Positions 37,663 to 52,083 of a DNA stretch of 64,000 nt are shown here, piece after piece. The stretch is from the NCBI RefSeq assembly GCF_006345805.1, contig NC_043003.1:55490001-55554000 (forward strand), in the 5' to 3' direction. Position 1 is the stretch's first letter; the number at the start of each line of letters is the position of its first letter. Both the position numbers and the translations under genes were made by a program. The notes beneath the pieces are model-generated. The model searched no databases, had not been told where the DNA came from, and worked only from the letters and a program-made list of their open reading frames with translations. Source of the stretch: Octopus sinensis (Eukaryota).

Positions 37663-37923
37663 CCTAGGAAAGTAGTATTTAGTCAATGCCCGCATCTAAA
37701 ACATTTCATACTACACAATTACTTCAATTAGCCCGGTTCCGATCCTTTGAATATGGCCTCAACTGCACGGACACATATTTTTTATTTACAAAACTACCTG
37801 ACCTTGGCGCATTTCTGCCTCCACCAGCCATTTGAGGGCTATTATATCATGCTTTTCTATATAATAAATAAATAAATATATTTATATATATATAGATTTA
37901 TATGTACATATATGTGTGTTATA

Positions 37924-37987
<64 letters not shown>

Positions 37988-38040
37988 ATAATATATGTAT
38001 ATATATATATATATGTATATATATATACAAAAAGCAATAA

Positions 38041-38730
38041 AGATTCAAGTCAATTTAAATGAATTTACTTGAATATGGTACCTAACTTAGATGCACCAAA
38101 AAACTATTACGGTTTAACAATACAGTAATGGGGTGATTATAAGCGAGAAAGAAGCAACAAGAATGGATAGGTTTTTAGTACAATCGTTTCATACAAGGAC
38201 AGGCTTTATTAAAAGTTGCAAAAATTGCACCATATAAACGTGTCCCGTACTCATCAGCTAAAATACATGAGTTCTCTAGACATCTTAGTGGTTGAGGCTA
38301 TACTCATGAAGTAATTTAGATAATTAAGTAACATAAACAGATTTCCAAAGTTCATTAAAGTTCTTTAAAGATGATGTACAGTCTTATCACAGAATTTAAA
38401 AAAGTTTTAATAGCATCACAGAGAAGGTGACTTAATCCATAGTTACATATGAATTTCCAGAGATATGAGGAGGGATTACATACTCACAGACGACAAATTT
38501 ATCCATTGTTAATCACAACGAGGTGGGTCTCAATTCCTGCTTATTAGCATTACAGAGAGGGTGAATTAATCCTTTGTATAGATGCACAATTTCCAATGGT
38601 GTGATGTAATTTTCCAGAGAAATGAAGAGGAATTTCATATTCACAGACGATAAATTTATCAATGGTTGAACACAATGTGGTAGGTATCAATTCTTGCTAT
38701 ATGATTAGGTATTTGCCACATTAATCACAT
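38041..38730 (-). mobile_element. PLE-type terminal segment with hammerhead and internal partial tandem duplication
   Basis: Collinear with 29275-29710; tail homologous to 1771-1895; block tttccagag..actcacagacga..tttatcca repeated at ~38453 and ~38611. Confidence 0.7.
38173..38263 (-). ncRNA. Type I hammerhead ribozyme, apparently intact (GUA)
   Basis: Minus strand: ttttag-CTGATGA-gtacgggaca...tgtccttgtat-GAAAC-GATT-GTA-ctaaaa; cleavage between 38179 and 38178. Confidence 0.78.
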
Positions 38731-41208
38731 TACTGCTATTTTCGTGTTATATATATATATATATATATATCTATTATATTATATATATATATATATATTA
38801 TTATATATATATATATATATATGCATATTTATATTTATTTATCTATTTATCTCACTTCCTATATTATATATATATATATATATGGATATATACATACATG
38901 TTGTATGTGTTTTGTATATTTTTGTATATATTAATTTTCTGTTACTGCAGGATTTGAGCAACCTTGCATGTAATAGCTATTAACATCATACCTATGACTG
39001 GAAGATTCTGGTTTCAATGTGTATACCGCACAACTGTATATCTAGAGATTTTCGCCTCATATTTACATAATAGATATAAACAATATCTTCATTACCCGTC
39101 GTGTAATGTTTTGTCTCAATGCTATATTGTACTGCAGAATATATCAAGAGATTTTAGCCTGCAGTGTATACAACAGAGAGATATGGAATTATGTAATGAA
39201 CAAACATAAATGCTTTCTCTATTATTGATGCGTTAGAAATGCATTGTGTGAATGCGATATTTTACAACTGAATATATCTTCAGATTTTACTACGCAACAT
39301 AATATGTATATACATTTATCAATATGTTATCTCATATGCAACATTTTCTTTAACTAAAAAATGGGACCAGCCGGATCATTTCAATCCTGTGTTGAGATTT
39401 CATCAGCGACAAAGTATCTTATTTAGATGTTTACAGAAACTCTGCTCATAAACCATAAGTTGGTATTAACTCAACTAAATATAATGCAAAGTTAACAACT
39501 AGTTGTGTTAGCAAATTAATGTTGCGTTCGCACATTCTACTAGTTCGTCAAACAAAGCATTGTTGCGTTAACATTGTTTCTTTCGGGCTCTTTCATTCTG
39601 TTATAAAATATATGCTAAGACAGTAGAGTGTGATTTGAGGGAGAATTGGTTACTATTTCTTACAGCTTGATCAATCATGTCGCTCGTTCACTTGCTTGTT
39701 GACATAGGATATTGAATATTTAGCTGCGGGAAATAAGTTGTAACAGATGCATCCAGTAGTTTTAATATTTGTATGCATATAGTTTTCTTTGTATAAGAGG
39801 ATGATATTCTAGCGAAGTAAACAAGTAAGCACTGACACAATATGACGAATACGGTAAATTTATTAAATCCAGACCAGAGGCGTAACGAAGGGAGTCAGCG
39901 AAAATGAACAATGCTTAACTGAACCGAACTGAACCGAACAAAGGCCAGAATGTTAACACGTTGCTTATTCTGTTTCTATTCAGTTTTGTAGTTGGAAAGT
40001 TTGGGGTAAGTCAGGGATGAAGATACAATGAAGAATTCATATTATAGTCGTTTGTTATTGAGTCAGTGCTTTTCTTCTATTTTTAAGGTGTTTGTATTCA
40101 CTAAATGACTCGGTATTATTAATAAAGGAAAACATGTTCGGTGTTTTGGTTCCCTGTAGTGAGAATAAACAAGAAAAATGAAAAAAAAAAGAAAAAGAAA
40201 TGTTCACTTATCTCTCAACTATGTATCATATACTACATCGAATTTTGCGTATGTATGACAATTACACTAACGACCTATTGTTACGTGGGAACTATATTAG
40301 TGATTCAATTTCTGAAAAAAAGATGAATTTAAATTAGATATATAGGATGGGGAAACGAATCGTGTATTGCACACTAAAAAGATAAGTCAGACAATTCTGA
40401 AATCCGAATTGATTAAAAGTTTAAATGGATTTATGCAAGGAAGATCAATTTGATATTTGTTAAATGTGGTGACATGTTTCCTTCTTATTCAAATTATCAC
40501 CTCAATAAAAAAATCGATTTTTGTAGGGCCACCCGCTCAATCCACGCGTGCGTGAACAGAGAGAGTTTTGAGGGTCATATGTGTTAGTGGCATAAAAATT
40601 CATTCATTGTCATTAGAGATGATATTGATATATATCTTCGTTGGATTATCTTTCACATTACATCGTTATATCTTAAGCTATTAAGAAATTATGCTTAATG
40701 AAATTACATTTATTAGTGAATCACTTTCTAATTGATTGTTAATGTTGGATAGCATGTATGAGGTAACAGATTTATCATAAGTAGAAATATCAAATATAAG
40801 CGATATTAATGCTATATTCATTTCATATTTTAGCATAATTATTGTGCAGGTTGAGATTTATTTCTAGACTAATTTGAGTAGAGTATACTTCCCTATATGA
40901 ACATTTCCCCAGCTTGTATTCTGTTATTTTTTCTACCTTCTTTTGGGTCGGTTTCACGTTGTGTATTCGATAAACTTAATTTTACTAATAATATCACTTC
41001 TTAAAATAGCATCACCCTAGGGTTTAGAAGAATCGTTGATAAATTCCTTATCCGTGGGCTGATTAGAGTACCTGCGGAAACTATTATTTACTAAGCTGTT
41101 CTTAACATTTGTTTTTATTGTTTAAAGTTCCATTATGATTACAATACTGATAATAATAGGGGTTGGTTAAGGCCAAATTAACATCTTGGAGATGAACTGT
41201 GTTAATAT

Positions 41209-41400
41209 CGGTTTCCAATTTTGGCAGAATGTTAGTTATTCCGGGGGAATCGGTTATATCGACCCCTGCGATCAAATGGTGCTTATTTTATCGATTCTGA
41301 TAGGATGAAAAGCAATGTCGACCTTGGTGGAATTTGAATTCAGAAAGTAAAGACAGACGAATAACGCTAGGCATTTTGCTCAGCATGCTAGCAATCCTAC
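41209..41400 (-). mobile_element. tRNA-derived SINE (family A), diverged
   Basis: Reverse complement of the 5889-6101 family (ttattttatcga, gtcgaccttggtggaatttgaa). Confidence 0.75.
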
Positions 41401-41959
41401 TAGCAATCCTGATAGATCTCAACCTTAGAACTGAGTTAATAATACCCTCTAAAATGCTCTAAAATACTAATGTGAAGACTGTAAGGGAATTTTATTTCAC
41501 AATTAACTAAATCCGCTTATTGGAGCTTACAATTACGGAGGAATAAGCCTCGTTCATGCGGTGTGAATACAACTTGATAGAGTAAAACCAGGTTGTTAAG
41601 CATTTCATTTGATTCGTTCTCAACTATGTTCACATGAAAACATAGTATTGTAATGTTTGATTTTCAAACCGAATATAATTGATGTAAAGCATTGTGGATA
41701 ATATCCATTTCCGAATCTATGATATTAGCAATTAATGTGAATAATATCGATTTCTGAATCTACGATATTAGTAATTAATTTGTTAAAATTGTTGAACCCT
41801 CATTGAGTATAAGTTTGGTAATAGCGGTTTAGTTGTTTTAGTTCTTATCTACAGGGCTATAATTTCGCATTTAACGCATGAGATGTTATTATATAACAAG
41901 AGAAACATTATTCCAAAACTGTTACTTTTAAGGAAATTTTAAATATCAAGACCTAATCA

Positions 41960-42740
41960 ATGAAGCCTTTGTCCAGGCTGATATGCAACCCCATCCACCA
42001 ATGAAGTCATCGACATCGACTGGCCGCTAACGACCAGCATTGCCGTCGTCCTCCTTGGTGGCCTGTCGTCAGCAGCCACCACCATCAGGCACGATATTGG
42101 CAGCATCAACACTGGAGTTCGATAGTCTTCGCTGACGAGAGCCATTACTGCGCTTCCACCTCGGATGGTAGAGTGAGGGTGAGGCATAGGAGGAATGAAC
42201 GCTGCAGAAACGCTTGTGTCACCATTGCCACGTGTTTCAGCAGGACAATATTCCTTCCCAAAAAGCCAGGGTCTCCATGGACTTCCAGCATCAGCACAAC
42301 AATAGAATCATGTCGTGACCGGCTCTCATCCCAGATTTCAAACCAATTGAACCTGTGGGATGATATCCACACACGACTGAACCAAGTGATTTCGAAGCCA
42401 ACAACTTGTGTGGAACTGGAGACTGCTATCCTCAGTATGTGGGCACGGGTGTGAATGTCTTTTATGAACCGCCTCATGCACTCCATATACCGAAGATGTA
42501 TAGCTGTTTTGAAGACCTAGTGAGGGCATACACAGTATTGGGCATGTTACATTCTACGATCGCGATGTGCTGGATCTGCGCATTACCAGAACACATGACA
42601 ACGACCTACAGACAGCGGTCAAAGTGCATCCAAGAAATTGACTTTATTTTATCAGAGTTATCAAAATTTATTGCTGACATAATGAAATCGAAACATATTT
42701 CACAGTCTCACACGTCTCGCGTTTCTTTTGCGGTTCAATG
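41960..42740 (+). mobile_element. Tc1-family (DD34E) transposon 3' fragment with internal deletion
   Basis: IVFADES, VFQQDN, WPALIPDFKPIE (cf. SPDLNPIE); only ~35 aa between the first two Asp motifs; 3' TIR-like end cgcgtttcttttgcggttcaatg followed by TA (42741-42). Confidence 0.85.
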
Positions 42741-43159
42741 TAGGTCTGGAAACTAGACCATTGATGAAAGCCATCGAAGAAATATGCACGGCAACTGAAA
42801 CTTGCTCAGGATGGCTATGATTGGAACCCTTACGTAGAGTGACATAGCGAGAACTGAGATTCTCGCTATATCACTCCGGTGAAGCGTACAGGCGAAGAAG
42901 CGAAACGTTTGCGACCCTGAGATACATGCTGATGATATGCAATGGTTTTCAACATTACATTATACATAGAAGAACTTGCAAAAGCTCTTAGAAGCTCCTG
43001 CAGATTTTGCTTTGGGTAAAAGCCTCTCCGTTGCTTGTTTCCCTAATATAACTATATACATACTTCTGAACACAGTGGCTTTTTAATAAAGATAAAGCAT
43101 CTTTTTCAAATGATGGATGCAGGTTGTTTATGAACGCTTTAAAAAATTAATTGCAAATA

Positions 43160-43450
<291 letters not shown>

Positions 43451-44139
43451 TACATTTGGAAGTGTGTGTGTGTCGATGTGATATTCTTAAGAATTAAAAG
43501 GAAAAGAATATTATTTATAACACTATACATACTTCTGAACACAGTGGCTTTTTAATAAAGATAAAGCATCTTTTTCAAATGATGGATGCAGGTTGCTTAT
43601 GAACGATTTAACAAATTAATTCCAAATTTCTGTTTGTTGTTTGTGCTATGTTTCTCTATTTCAAACAAAATATGATCGTCACTTGTCAATTTTTTGCATT
43701 CGATGGCCAGATGATGGAAGTAGGGGATATACATGTTTTTTCCTGACAAATCTAATTCTGAATTCAGCATTCTAGAATCTGTAGTTATATAGCTTCACTC
43801 CTATAATTGGTTCACCTTTGTGCCGGGAATCCATCGCCATTGATGAACTAACAAATCTAACCCCATCCCCCAGATGAGTAATGAATGACAAAACATGAGT
43901 CCAGTAAACTATTTTATTGCATACAAATCGCAAAATTAGTTTCCATTATATGCTGTCACAAGCTCATTCTAATGTTCGAAGTAATTTATCCTGAATTTTC
44001 AAAATTCATATAATAAAACATTATCAGTTCATTATTGTTCAAACACCTTCCGAGGTTGAGACGCATATGTCTATGCGTATTTGTGTGAGCATGTGTATGC
44101 CTGTATGGCTGTGTGTACGTTTTTGAGAGTTTGTGTAGG

Positions 44140-44420
44140 CAGAGTATGGCCGAGCAGTTAAGGAGCTGACTTCTCTGTTATCAAATTTTGTGTTCGAACC
44201 TATCATGTAACATCTTGGGCAAGTGTCCTCAACAGGAAACCGTATATATAAGCTTTTAGGGAAGATTATACTTGTGATTCAAAACGTATTGTCTTTTCAT
44301 TGGCTGAGTCACGTTAATTCTGAATGAGAATCACGTTAAGGGTACACATGTGCGTGGAATGCATTTTCATTTACATAGTAATTAAGGAATAATATGCGGT
44401 TGATCAGTCAATTAAATTCT
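44140..44420 (+). mobile_element. Old tRNA-derived SINE
   Basis: tatggccgagcagttaagg (A box), gtgttcgaacc (B box), ttgggcaagtgtc, cacgttaagggtacac central domain. Confidence 0.6.
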
Positions 44421-45029
44421 CATTGTCGAACGTTGGAGATTCTGCGCCCACCTTATATGTGTATGTATTTGTACGTGCACGCGCGTGTGTCTGTGCGTGT
44501 CTGTGCTTGTAAGTGTCTTAGATATTCAAAACTGTAGGCGTCGTGAAATTTACATTAAATCCCATTGGATGATGGAGTCTCTGATGTGTAAGATACTGGA
44601 ATGGGACACTGGTCAAATAGATCTTAGAGCTTAAAGAGTACAAATATAACATCTATGAAGACACGGAAGTAAACCAGTTTTCTGGAAAACCTCACAGTAA
44701 ATCATCTGGTACAAACTCCACGACAATCGTTGGGAACTACTAGTAATATATCAGTGAGTTCGCCTTTATGCAGTCGCTGGTCTGTTAGAAGAAGTTGGCC
44801 TATTCCCCTCAAATTATATCCTGTTGTTTACAAAAGGAAGTGTCACATTGATATAGAAAAATTCCAATTGGTAATACACAGGTAAAATTAAGGAGAGTCT
44901 TGGCTGGAACGCACCTGGTTGCATCTCTGTTATGTGAACGTCAACCATGGTCGAATCGCGATATCTGCACATGGTGAGTAGATATACTGATTTCAGAATT
45001 TTTTTGCAGAGTCGCAAATTTCGATGAAG

Positions 45030-45197
45030 GAGTAAGTTGATTACATCGACCCCAGTGATCAACTGGTACTAATTTTATCGACTCTGAAGGGATGAAGGAT
45101 AAAGTCGACCTTGGCGAAATTTGAACTCAGAGAGTAAAGCGAAAAATGCCGCTAAACATTTCGCCCGGCGTACTAACGATTCTGCTACCCTACTGCC
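45030..45197 (-). mobile_element. tRNA-derived SINE (family A)
   Basis: Reverse complement of the family A head and core. Confidence 0.85.
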
Positions 45198-45934
45198 TTA
45201 ATGGGGGTGTAAATATTAAAATAACGTTTTAGTTTTCTATCATAATTACATTTTCAAAGGCGTGTGAGTTAAATAACGCCGTTACCTCTTCGGTGTAATA
45301 TGCTTATCTGTATTTCACCAATCTAGTTTAAGTTCTGGATTGAAATACTACAGAAGTGACCTTTTCCTTTGATTCTTTCAAGCTCGACCACTCCCTTACA
45401 AAATAGACGTCCTTATGCCAAAAGTGGAAGGAAATATATTCACATTCATAGGTTGCCGGTTAACAAAATCTACCACAGAGCTTATTTTAGTGATGAGAGA
45501 AGGCAAACCTGACCGAGACGAGGTTTCAACTCAAAGTTAAAGAGTCATACGTAAATACAGCAAATAATTTTTACTAGCACCCATAAAATGCTGTTTCCCT
45601 ACTCGTTAATAATAATGAAAATGATGATTTTGAGAGTGGTAAAGGAGATGGAATTTGTGGTTGAGGAAAATTAAAATGCTTAAGTCTTGCTTAATTTATT
45701 TCAAATGTTTTAACACAATATGTCTGAAAGCCTCTTTGTGTGTATAGGTATCCATGTATTTAGATACGTGCACTTGCGTATATGTATCTCTCTAAATAAC
45801 TAACTATCTAACTATATATGTATATTCATGTGTGTATGTGTATATTACATATGGAGATATATATATATATAACATCTACATATACATACATATATACACA
45901 TATATATATATATTCATATATATATTTATGTATT

Positions 45935-46014
<80 letters not shown>

Positions 46015-46865
46015 CTTACATTTGGAAGTGTGTATATATATATATATATAATATATATATATATATATTATATATATATATATATATATATTTATACATT
46101 TACATTTGGAAGTGTGTGTGTGGATGTGATATTCTTAAGAATTAAAAGGAAAATAATAATATTAACCAAATACGACAATTTCTGAACAAAAGAAAGGAAT
46201 TATGTAAAAGTAAACCAGCAAAAGTTACTTAAAAATAGAGGAAATTTTTTTCCTTTAAAAAAAAAAAATTGAAATCTATTTAGAATAGAGGAAAGCAAAA
46301 GCAGAAAAAAATTCCCTTGAGGACTCAAAGTGTAGAGTGAAACAAGAGAACAAAGGGAGAAAGAGAGTCAGAGGAGGAAATATGAGAAATGTGAAAGAAT
46401 GTTTATTAAAAAATATATACACTAACAAAGCGCAAAATCATAAATGACAAATTAAAAGGAATATGAGAGAAATAGGGAAAAACAGAGTAATATAGAATGA
46501 TTTAGTTTTGGTAACAGAGGAATTTATAAAAAATAAGGAAGTTAAGAAAGAAAAATATATCAAGAAAGCCATATTTTTTTCCGCTTATTTATTAATTTAT
46601 TTATTGTTAAATATATTTATATAATCAAACAATGTTGCGAGGTTTTTTTGTTTTTTTTTCTATTTAAAATATCTGCCGCCTCGTATTTATTTCTGTTTCG
46701 GTTGTTGTTTATTTATATAGGTAGGGAGCTGGTGTGTGCGTGAGAATGAAAACAAGTGAAGGAGAGTGAGATAGAGAGACAGATAGAGAGAAAGAGAATT
46801 ACAGAATACAAACAGAAAGAATGGAAGGTGTAATATACATGCACACGCGAAAACGCACACACACA

Positions 46866-46869
<4 letters not shown>

Positions 46870-46905
<36 letters not shown>

Positions 46906-46982
46906 CACACACACACATAAGATCTATATGTAATATATGAACATATACATATGCATACGTACACATATGTGTATGTATATGC

Positions 46983-47026
<44 letters not shown>

Positions 47027-47031
47027 GTATG

Positions 47032-47075
<44 letters not shown>

Positions 47076-47227
47076 ACATATATATATACATATATACATA
47101 CATACATACATACATACATACACATATATACATACATACATACATATATATATGTATGTATGTATGTATGTATATATATATATATATATATATAATATAA
47201 TATATATATATATATATATTATATATA

Positions 47228-47289
<62 letters not shown>

Positions 47290-47310
47290 GATATATATAT
47301 ATATATATGA
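46870..47310. repeat. Long (TA)n/(TACA)n compound microsatellite
   Basis: Direct reading. Confidence 0.95.
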
Positions 47311-47699
47311 AGCTTCGCAGAGCAAAAGAAGAAATAGAGAGCAAAGGAAAAACAGAGATAACGTCAACTTAGCACAGATTTTGCAGCGAAAATGTCGGAA
47401 AGATTTACAAATAACAACCCCAATTATTTTATTGAAGTTTACCGAGAAATGTTCTTGTTTATAACGAAAAAGATATGCCTTCAGGGAAGGGTGTATTTGG
47501 TTTTATATCATTTTTGCTAGCAGCTCGTTTTTGTTATGCTTCTATTGTCGAGTTTTTCACCCGTTTCCTTTCTTCACTTTTCCATTGAGATATAGTTGAA
47601 TGTTGCCTATTGGGTAACATTATATGTGAGTTTTACAAGTGCACTACGCACGGTGTATGTCAGGTATTTTGTTTGTCTGATGTAGGGTGTGTGCCTATG

Positions 47700-48160
47700 T
47701 ATACGTATGTGTGTATAATCTCTCTCTATATATATATACATATATATATAGGTATATATATATAAATATATATAAATATATATATGTATGTATATATATG
47801 TAAGTATATATATGTATATACATATATATATATATTTATATATATATATTAGCTAGATAGATGTACACAATTTTTCAATTGCACAGAAACTTTGAAATAC
47901 ATCTATGTATATAAGTGGGTATATGTGTGTGTGAGTATATCTACATACATATATATATGTGTGTGTTTATGTATATATATATACATATACATATATATAT
48001 ACACATATATATATATATATACATACATATATACATACATATATATATACATATATATATATACACATATATATATATATATATACATATATACATACAT
48101 ATATATATATATATACATATATATACATACATATATACATATATACTTATATATATCAAA
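47700..48160. repeat. (TA)n/(TACA)n microsatellite field
   Basis: Direct reading. Confidence 0.9.
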
Positions 48161-49578
48161 TGGATGTCTTAGAACACTATTCTGCACATGCAATAACACC
48201 CAAACTAACAATCCAACATTCCTCCATCATCAGCTACTCCACAGATATCAATATGATTTCGGTACCTGGGCTGTACAATTCAATTTAATTCAGCGGTGTC
48301 AACAACACTAAAATAAGTGTTGTTTGGGAACAAAAAACTTACCTTAGATATCACCACATTCATTCAATTTAAATCCTAAGAAGGATTATACACTAGCATT
48401 AATAATAAAAGTACAACAAGGAATCCACATTTACCCTATGTACAAAACAGTATCGGTAAATTAATCATTCTATAAGTGAGCCTATAACTAACTCCTAAAG
48501 TATCTAAGTAAATAGCAACATACAGATAGCATTCCCACCAGTCTTCCATAGTTATTAATATAAAGGTGAAAGCTTTTATATTCTTTTACTTCGAAACAAA
48601 ACAAACTCGGTGGAAGTTAACTTAATCATATAATTCTAAGTGAATTATACTATCTCATATCTCAAAAGTTAATAATGAAAACACTCCATACGTATTAAAC
48701 ATTCGTTATCCTCACATGTATTAATGTTAATCTTATACCAGTAATTAACGGAGGGTACTAATTTATCCTTATTAAATCAGCAACTCATAAAAGGATACCT
48801 TTAAATGACAGTTATCATTAAAACCTTGTTACGAGTAAAACAGAAATTACAACTGTTTAAAAGAAATTATACATTAAAGTATTACCACTTACATGTTTGC
48901 TAGACACACGAGTTTCAAGTCAACAATTTTCCCAAAACCATATTTGGTGGTGTGGTGCGTAGTCCACTACTTTCTTCAGTGTCTCAACTATCTGGTTACG
49001 TAGTGCGTAGTCTCAAATATATTTAACAATTTTGGTGACGTAGTACGCAATTAAATTTACCTGCAAACATTCCAGGAAAACTTACAATCCAGGGTACTAC
49101 CGAAACACATAGGTCCCGGTCAAATACAGATGTTCCGATGTATCTACGTATATGTAGATTTGTCTAACATTTGTAGCATGCTGAGCTACCACATGCATGC
49201 TCTCACACTGGATCGATAATATCTACTTCACTAAAAAAAATTGTTTCTACTTGTGCAAGTACCCCAAAATTTTCGAATGAGTATTATTTGTCATACATCA
49301 ATTATTATGCATAAAATCTCGTTGCACGAAAACAGATCACGAAAGGAGAGAAAACTTTGCTTTCGGTTTAAATAGAAGAGTCATATTTTTCTCAACCTAC
49401 GCTTTGGAAATTGATGCTTTATTGGATGTGGTCTAAAAATATGTATATTCACCGGATTTCTGCTAAGCAGCATTTCATTTATCTTTCACAACACATTTCG
49501 TGTACATCGTTACCATCCACTTTTCTCTTTCTCTTTCTCAGTCATTTTCACTTTCATTCTCTCCCCCACTCTCTCTGT

Positions 49579-49632
<54 letters not shown>

Positions 49633-49642
49633 TATATATATG

Positions 49643-49700
<58 letters not shown>

Positions 49701-49843
49701 CTGAGAGTGAGAGAGAGTTAAAGAAAATAGTCTAATAATGGACCATATAAGTAAGTCTGCTCATGCGCTTGGGAATGCGCTTGGAAATCAAACCCACACT
49801 ACTTTGTTCGCTACAAGAGTGTTACCATTACACTAGCGCAGTG

Positions 49844-49880
<37 letters not shown>

Positions 49881-50879
49881 ATATAATGTACTGTTCCGTG
49901 ATGGTAAGGTCAACAAAAAAGGGCCTCCATCTGGTGAAGGACAAATATTGTTTTATATAAACAATATATATTTTTATGTGTTACTATTAGTTTCATGTTC
50001 TGAGGGCATGCCAGACAGCATTCTTAACACTTCCGGTGTCCTGGCACAATAATCAAACACTCATACAATGTGGGCAGTGCCAGACTTGTTAAAAAATACT
50101 GTTTTGTGTGCCCTCAGTGCATTAAACTAATAGTAGAATACATATATATATATATATATATACACATACCTATTTGTCTATCTGTCTAATTCCGTATCTC
50201 GAAATGAATACAATTACAGCTAACACCATTCGTCATTTTTTTTCAAACAAAATATATCAAATACTTTGATGTACAACTTAACTTGGAGTTTGATTAATTG
50301 CAAACATTCTTCACACATAATACCGCATTAGTTACCTTCCAATGATGTCATGAGGACTCGTGTAGCATAAATCACTTGCAATTATATGGTTGATAGATGA
50401 GACTTGTCTGATACATGATTTCACCCTGCTATGGGTACCAAAGAGAGAAATGTCCAGCAGTGGCATAACAGCTGACTTTTCCGACAACGATATATAGAAT
50501 ATAAGTGTCTGTTATTATAGAATATAAGTGTATGTTGCAAAAAGCCAGTGCAGTTATCAAATAATATTTATTTGTGGTAATACAGTATTAATAACAACAT
50601 GTAATCTTGATCCCCAACTTCTGTCACTATTACTTCTATTTAATATTCTTTATTACTAAAACACGTGGAGTCACGTAGTACATGAGAGATAATATCTCGT
50701 AATATTTGACGAGATTAGATGTTTCAGTTTGTAATTGGGGAATAAGGAAAGATGTGCATAAAATGCAAACGCTTAAATACTTTTTGCTCTAGTATTACAA
50801 ACTTCGGAAGTGTCTAATCTTTAGTGATCATGTATAGCACTAGTTCAGTCGTTTTAGGAATGTTTTAGAAATCATCAAC

Positions 50880-51050
50880 TTGACATAACTCCAGATTATC
50901 ATCATAATCATCCTATTCATCATCATCATCATCGTCATCACCATCATCATAATCGTCACCATCATCATAATCATCATCATCATTGTCACCATCATCGTCC
51001 TCGTCACCACCATCCATCATCATCATCGTCACCACCACCATCATCATCAT
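50880..51050. repeat. (CAT/CAC)n imperfect trinucleotide repeat
   Basis: Direct reading. Confidence 0.9.
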
Positions 51051-51356
51051 GTGAGAGAGGTGAACTGGCAGAGTCGGTAAGGCGTGGGGGAAAATACTTA
51101 CCGATATTTAAACACACACCTTTACTGTATATGTTCAGGATAAATTCGGTTGTATTTTATGTCTTGTGTTTCCCCCAGGAAAAGCTGAATATATCGGTGA
51201 ACCATGAAAGGCGCCAGAGAGCATAACGTTTAAAGTTGTAGTTGAGAAAATATTAGCTGACATGGAGGACTGGGATCCATCTGAATTTGGGGAAACGAGT
51301 TACCTATATCATGATGATTCGCTCGGATGTCATAAATCCGACATCACAACTAATGC

Positions 51357-51611
51357 TCAATGATCTGCGAGCACTTTAAAGACTGGACAGCGGCAACGGA
51401 GACTACGATGCTGTGAACCCCCACGTAGGGATACAGCAGGCTTTCTGATTGCATCTACTCGTCTGGATTTATCTAACAGCTGCATGAACATGGTTTTATC
51501 CTCCCCTGAGACAGTTAAGAGAAGCTGCTGAACACTCTGGCCAAGTTCTGGCTGAAAAGCGATGCTGCTAAAGGCCATGTGTGACAGGGGATTCAGCTTC
51601 TTGTTATACAT
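51357..51611 (-). CDS. Candidate terminal coding exon of an unidentified host gene
   Basis: Strong acceptor ctgac-tttttcc-AG at 51613-12 directly before an 84-codon, non-repetitive, GC-elevated frame (MYNKKLNPLSHMAF...KVLADH*). Protein not recognised. Confidence 0.35.
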   Translation of the reverse strand: MYNKKLNPLSHMAFSSIAFQPELGQSVQQLLLTVSGEDKTMFMQLLDKSRRVDAIRKPAVSLRGGSQHRSLRCRCPVFKVLADH

Positions 51612-52083
51612 CTGGAAAAAGTCAGATGTGGGTGTTGAATAATTTATACGACTTCATCTGCCTCAACTTCCGCTTTTCTTATTCCCCGGACTGTAATCTA
51701 ATCAATCATTTTATTTGACGCACGCAGGACGTTGACTTCAACCCCTCTGGCGGCAAAACTAAGATATTTACAAATCAAATTTCTATTTTGTGCAATGCGC
51801 TATGATCTCTCTCCCTCATCTCTCTCTCTCTCTCTCTCTCGCCCCGACTCAGCAAACTCCTACTCTTTACCCTCTATGTCTATACTACCTTTTTAACCCT
51901 TCATTACAAAGAAAATCTCCCTTCTCATTTCCCCCACCTCTATGTCTTTCTCTGTATCCTATCATTTTCTGTGTTTCTCTTCGTAATTGCCCTCTCTGTA
52001 TTCACAAAGACTATCAATGGAACAGTGTGTTCGAAACATTTTAAGCTTCCTTTCAGCATAACTGTGCCACGCTGTGTTATATA

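Noticed and set aside
39365-39410. Minus-strand CTGATGA-AATC..GATT-GAAA hammerhead-like core
   Set aside because: Stem II forms, but no stem III/NUH or stem I pairing could be built in type I or type III topology.
51205-51370. Selenocysteine interpretation of the in-frame TGA
   Set aside because: The nearby ATGA..AA..TGA hairpin lies inside the frame and lacks SECIS helix geometry; no convincing downstream SECIS was seen.
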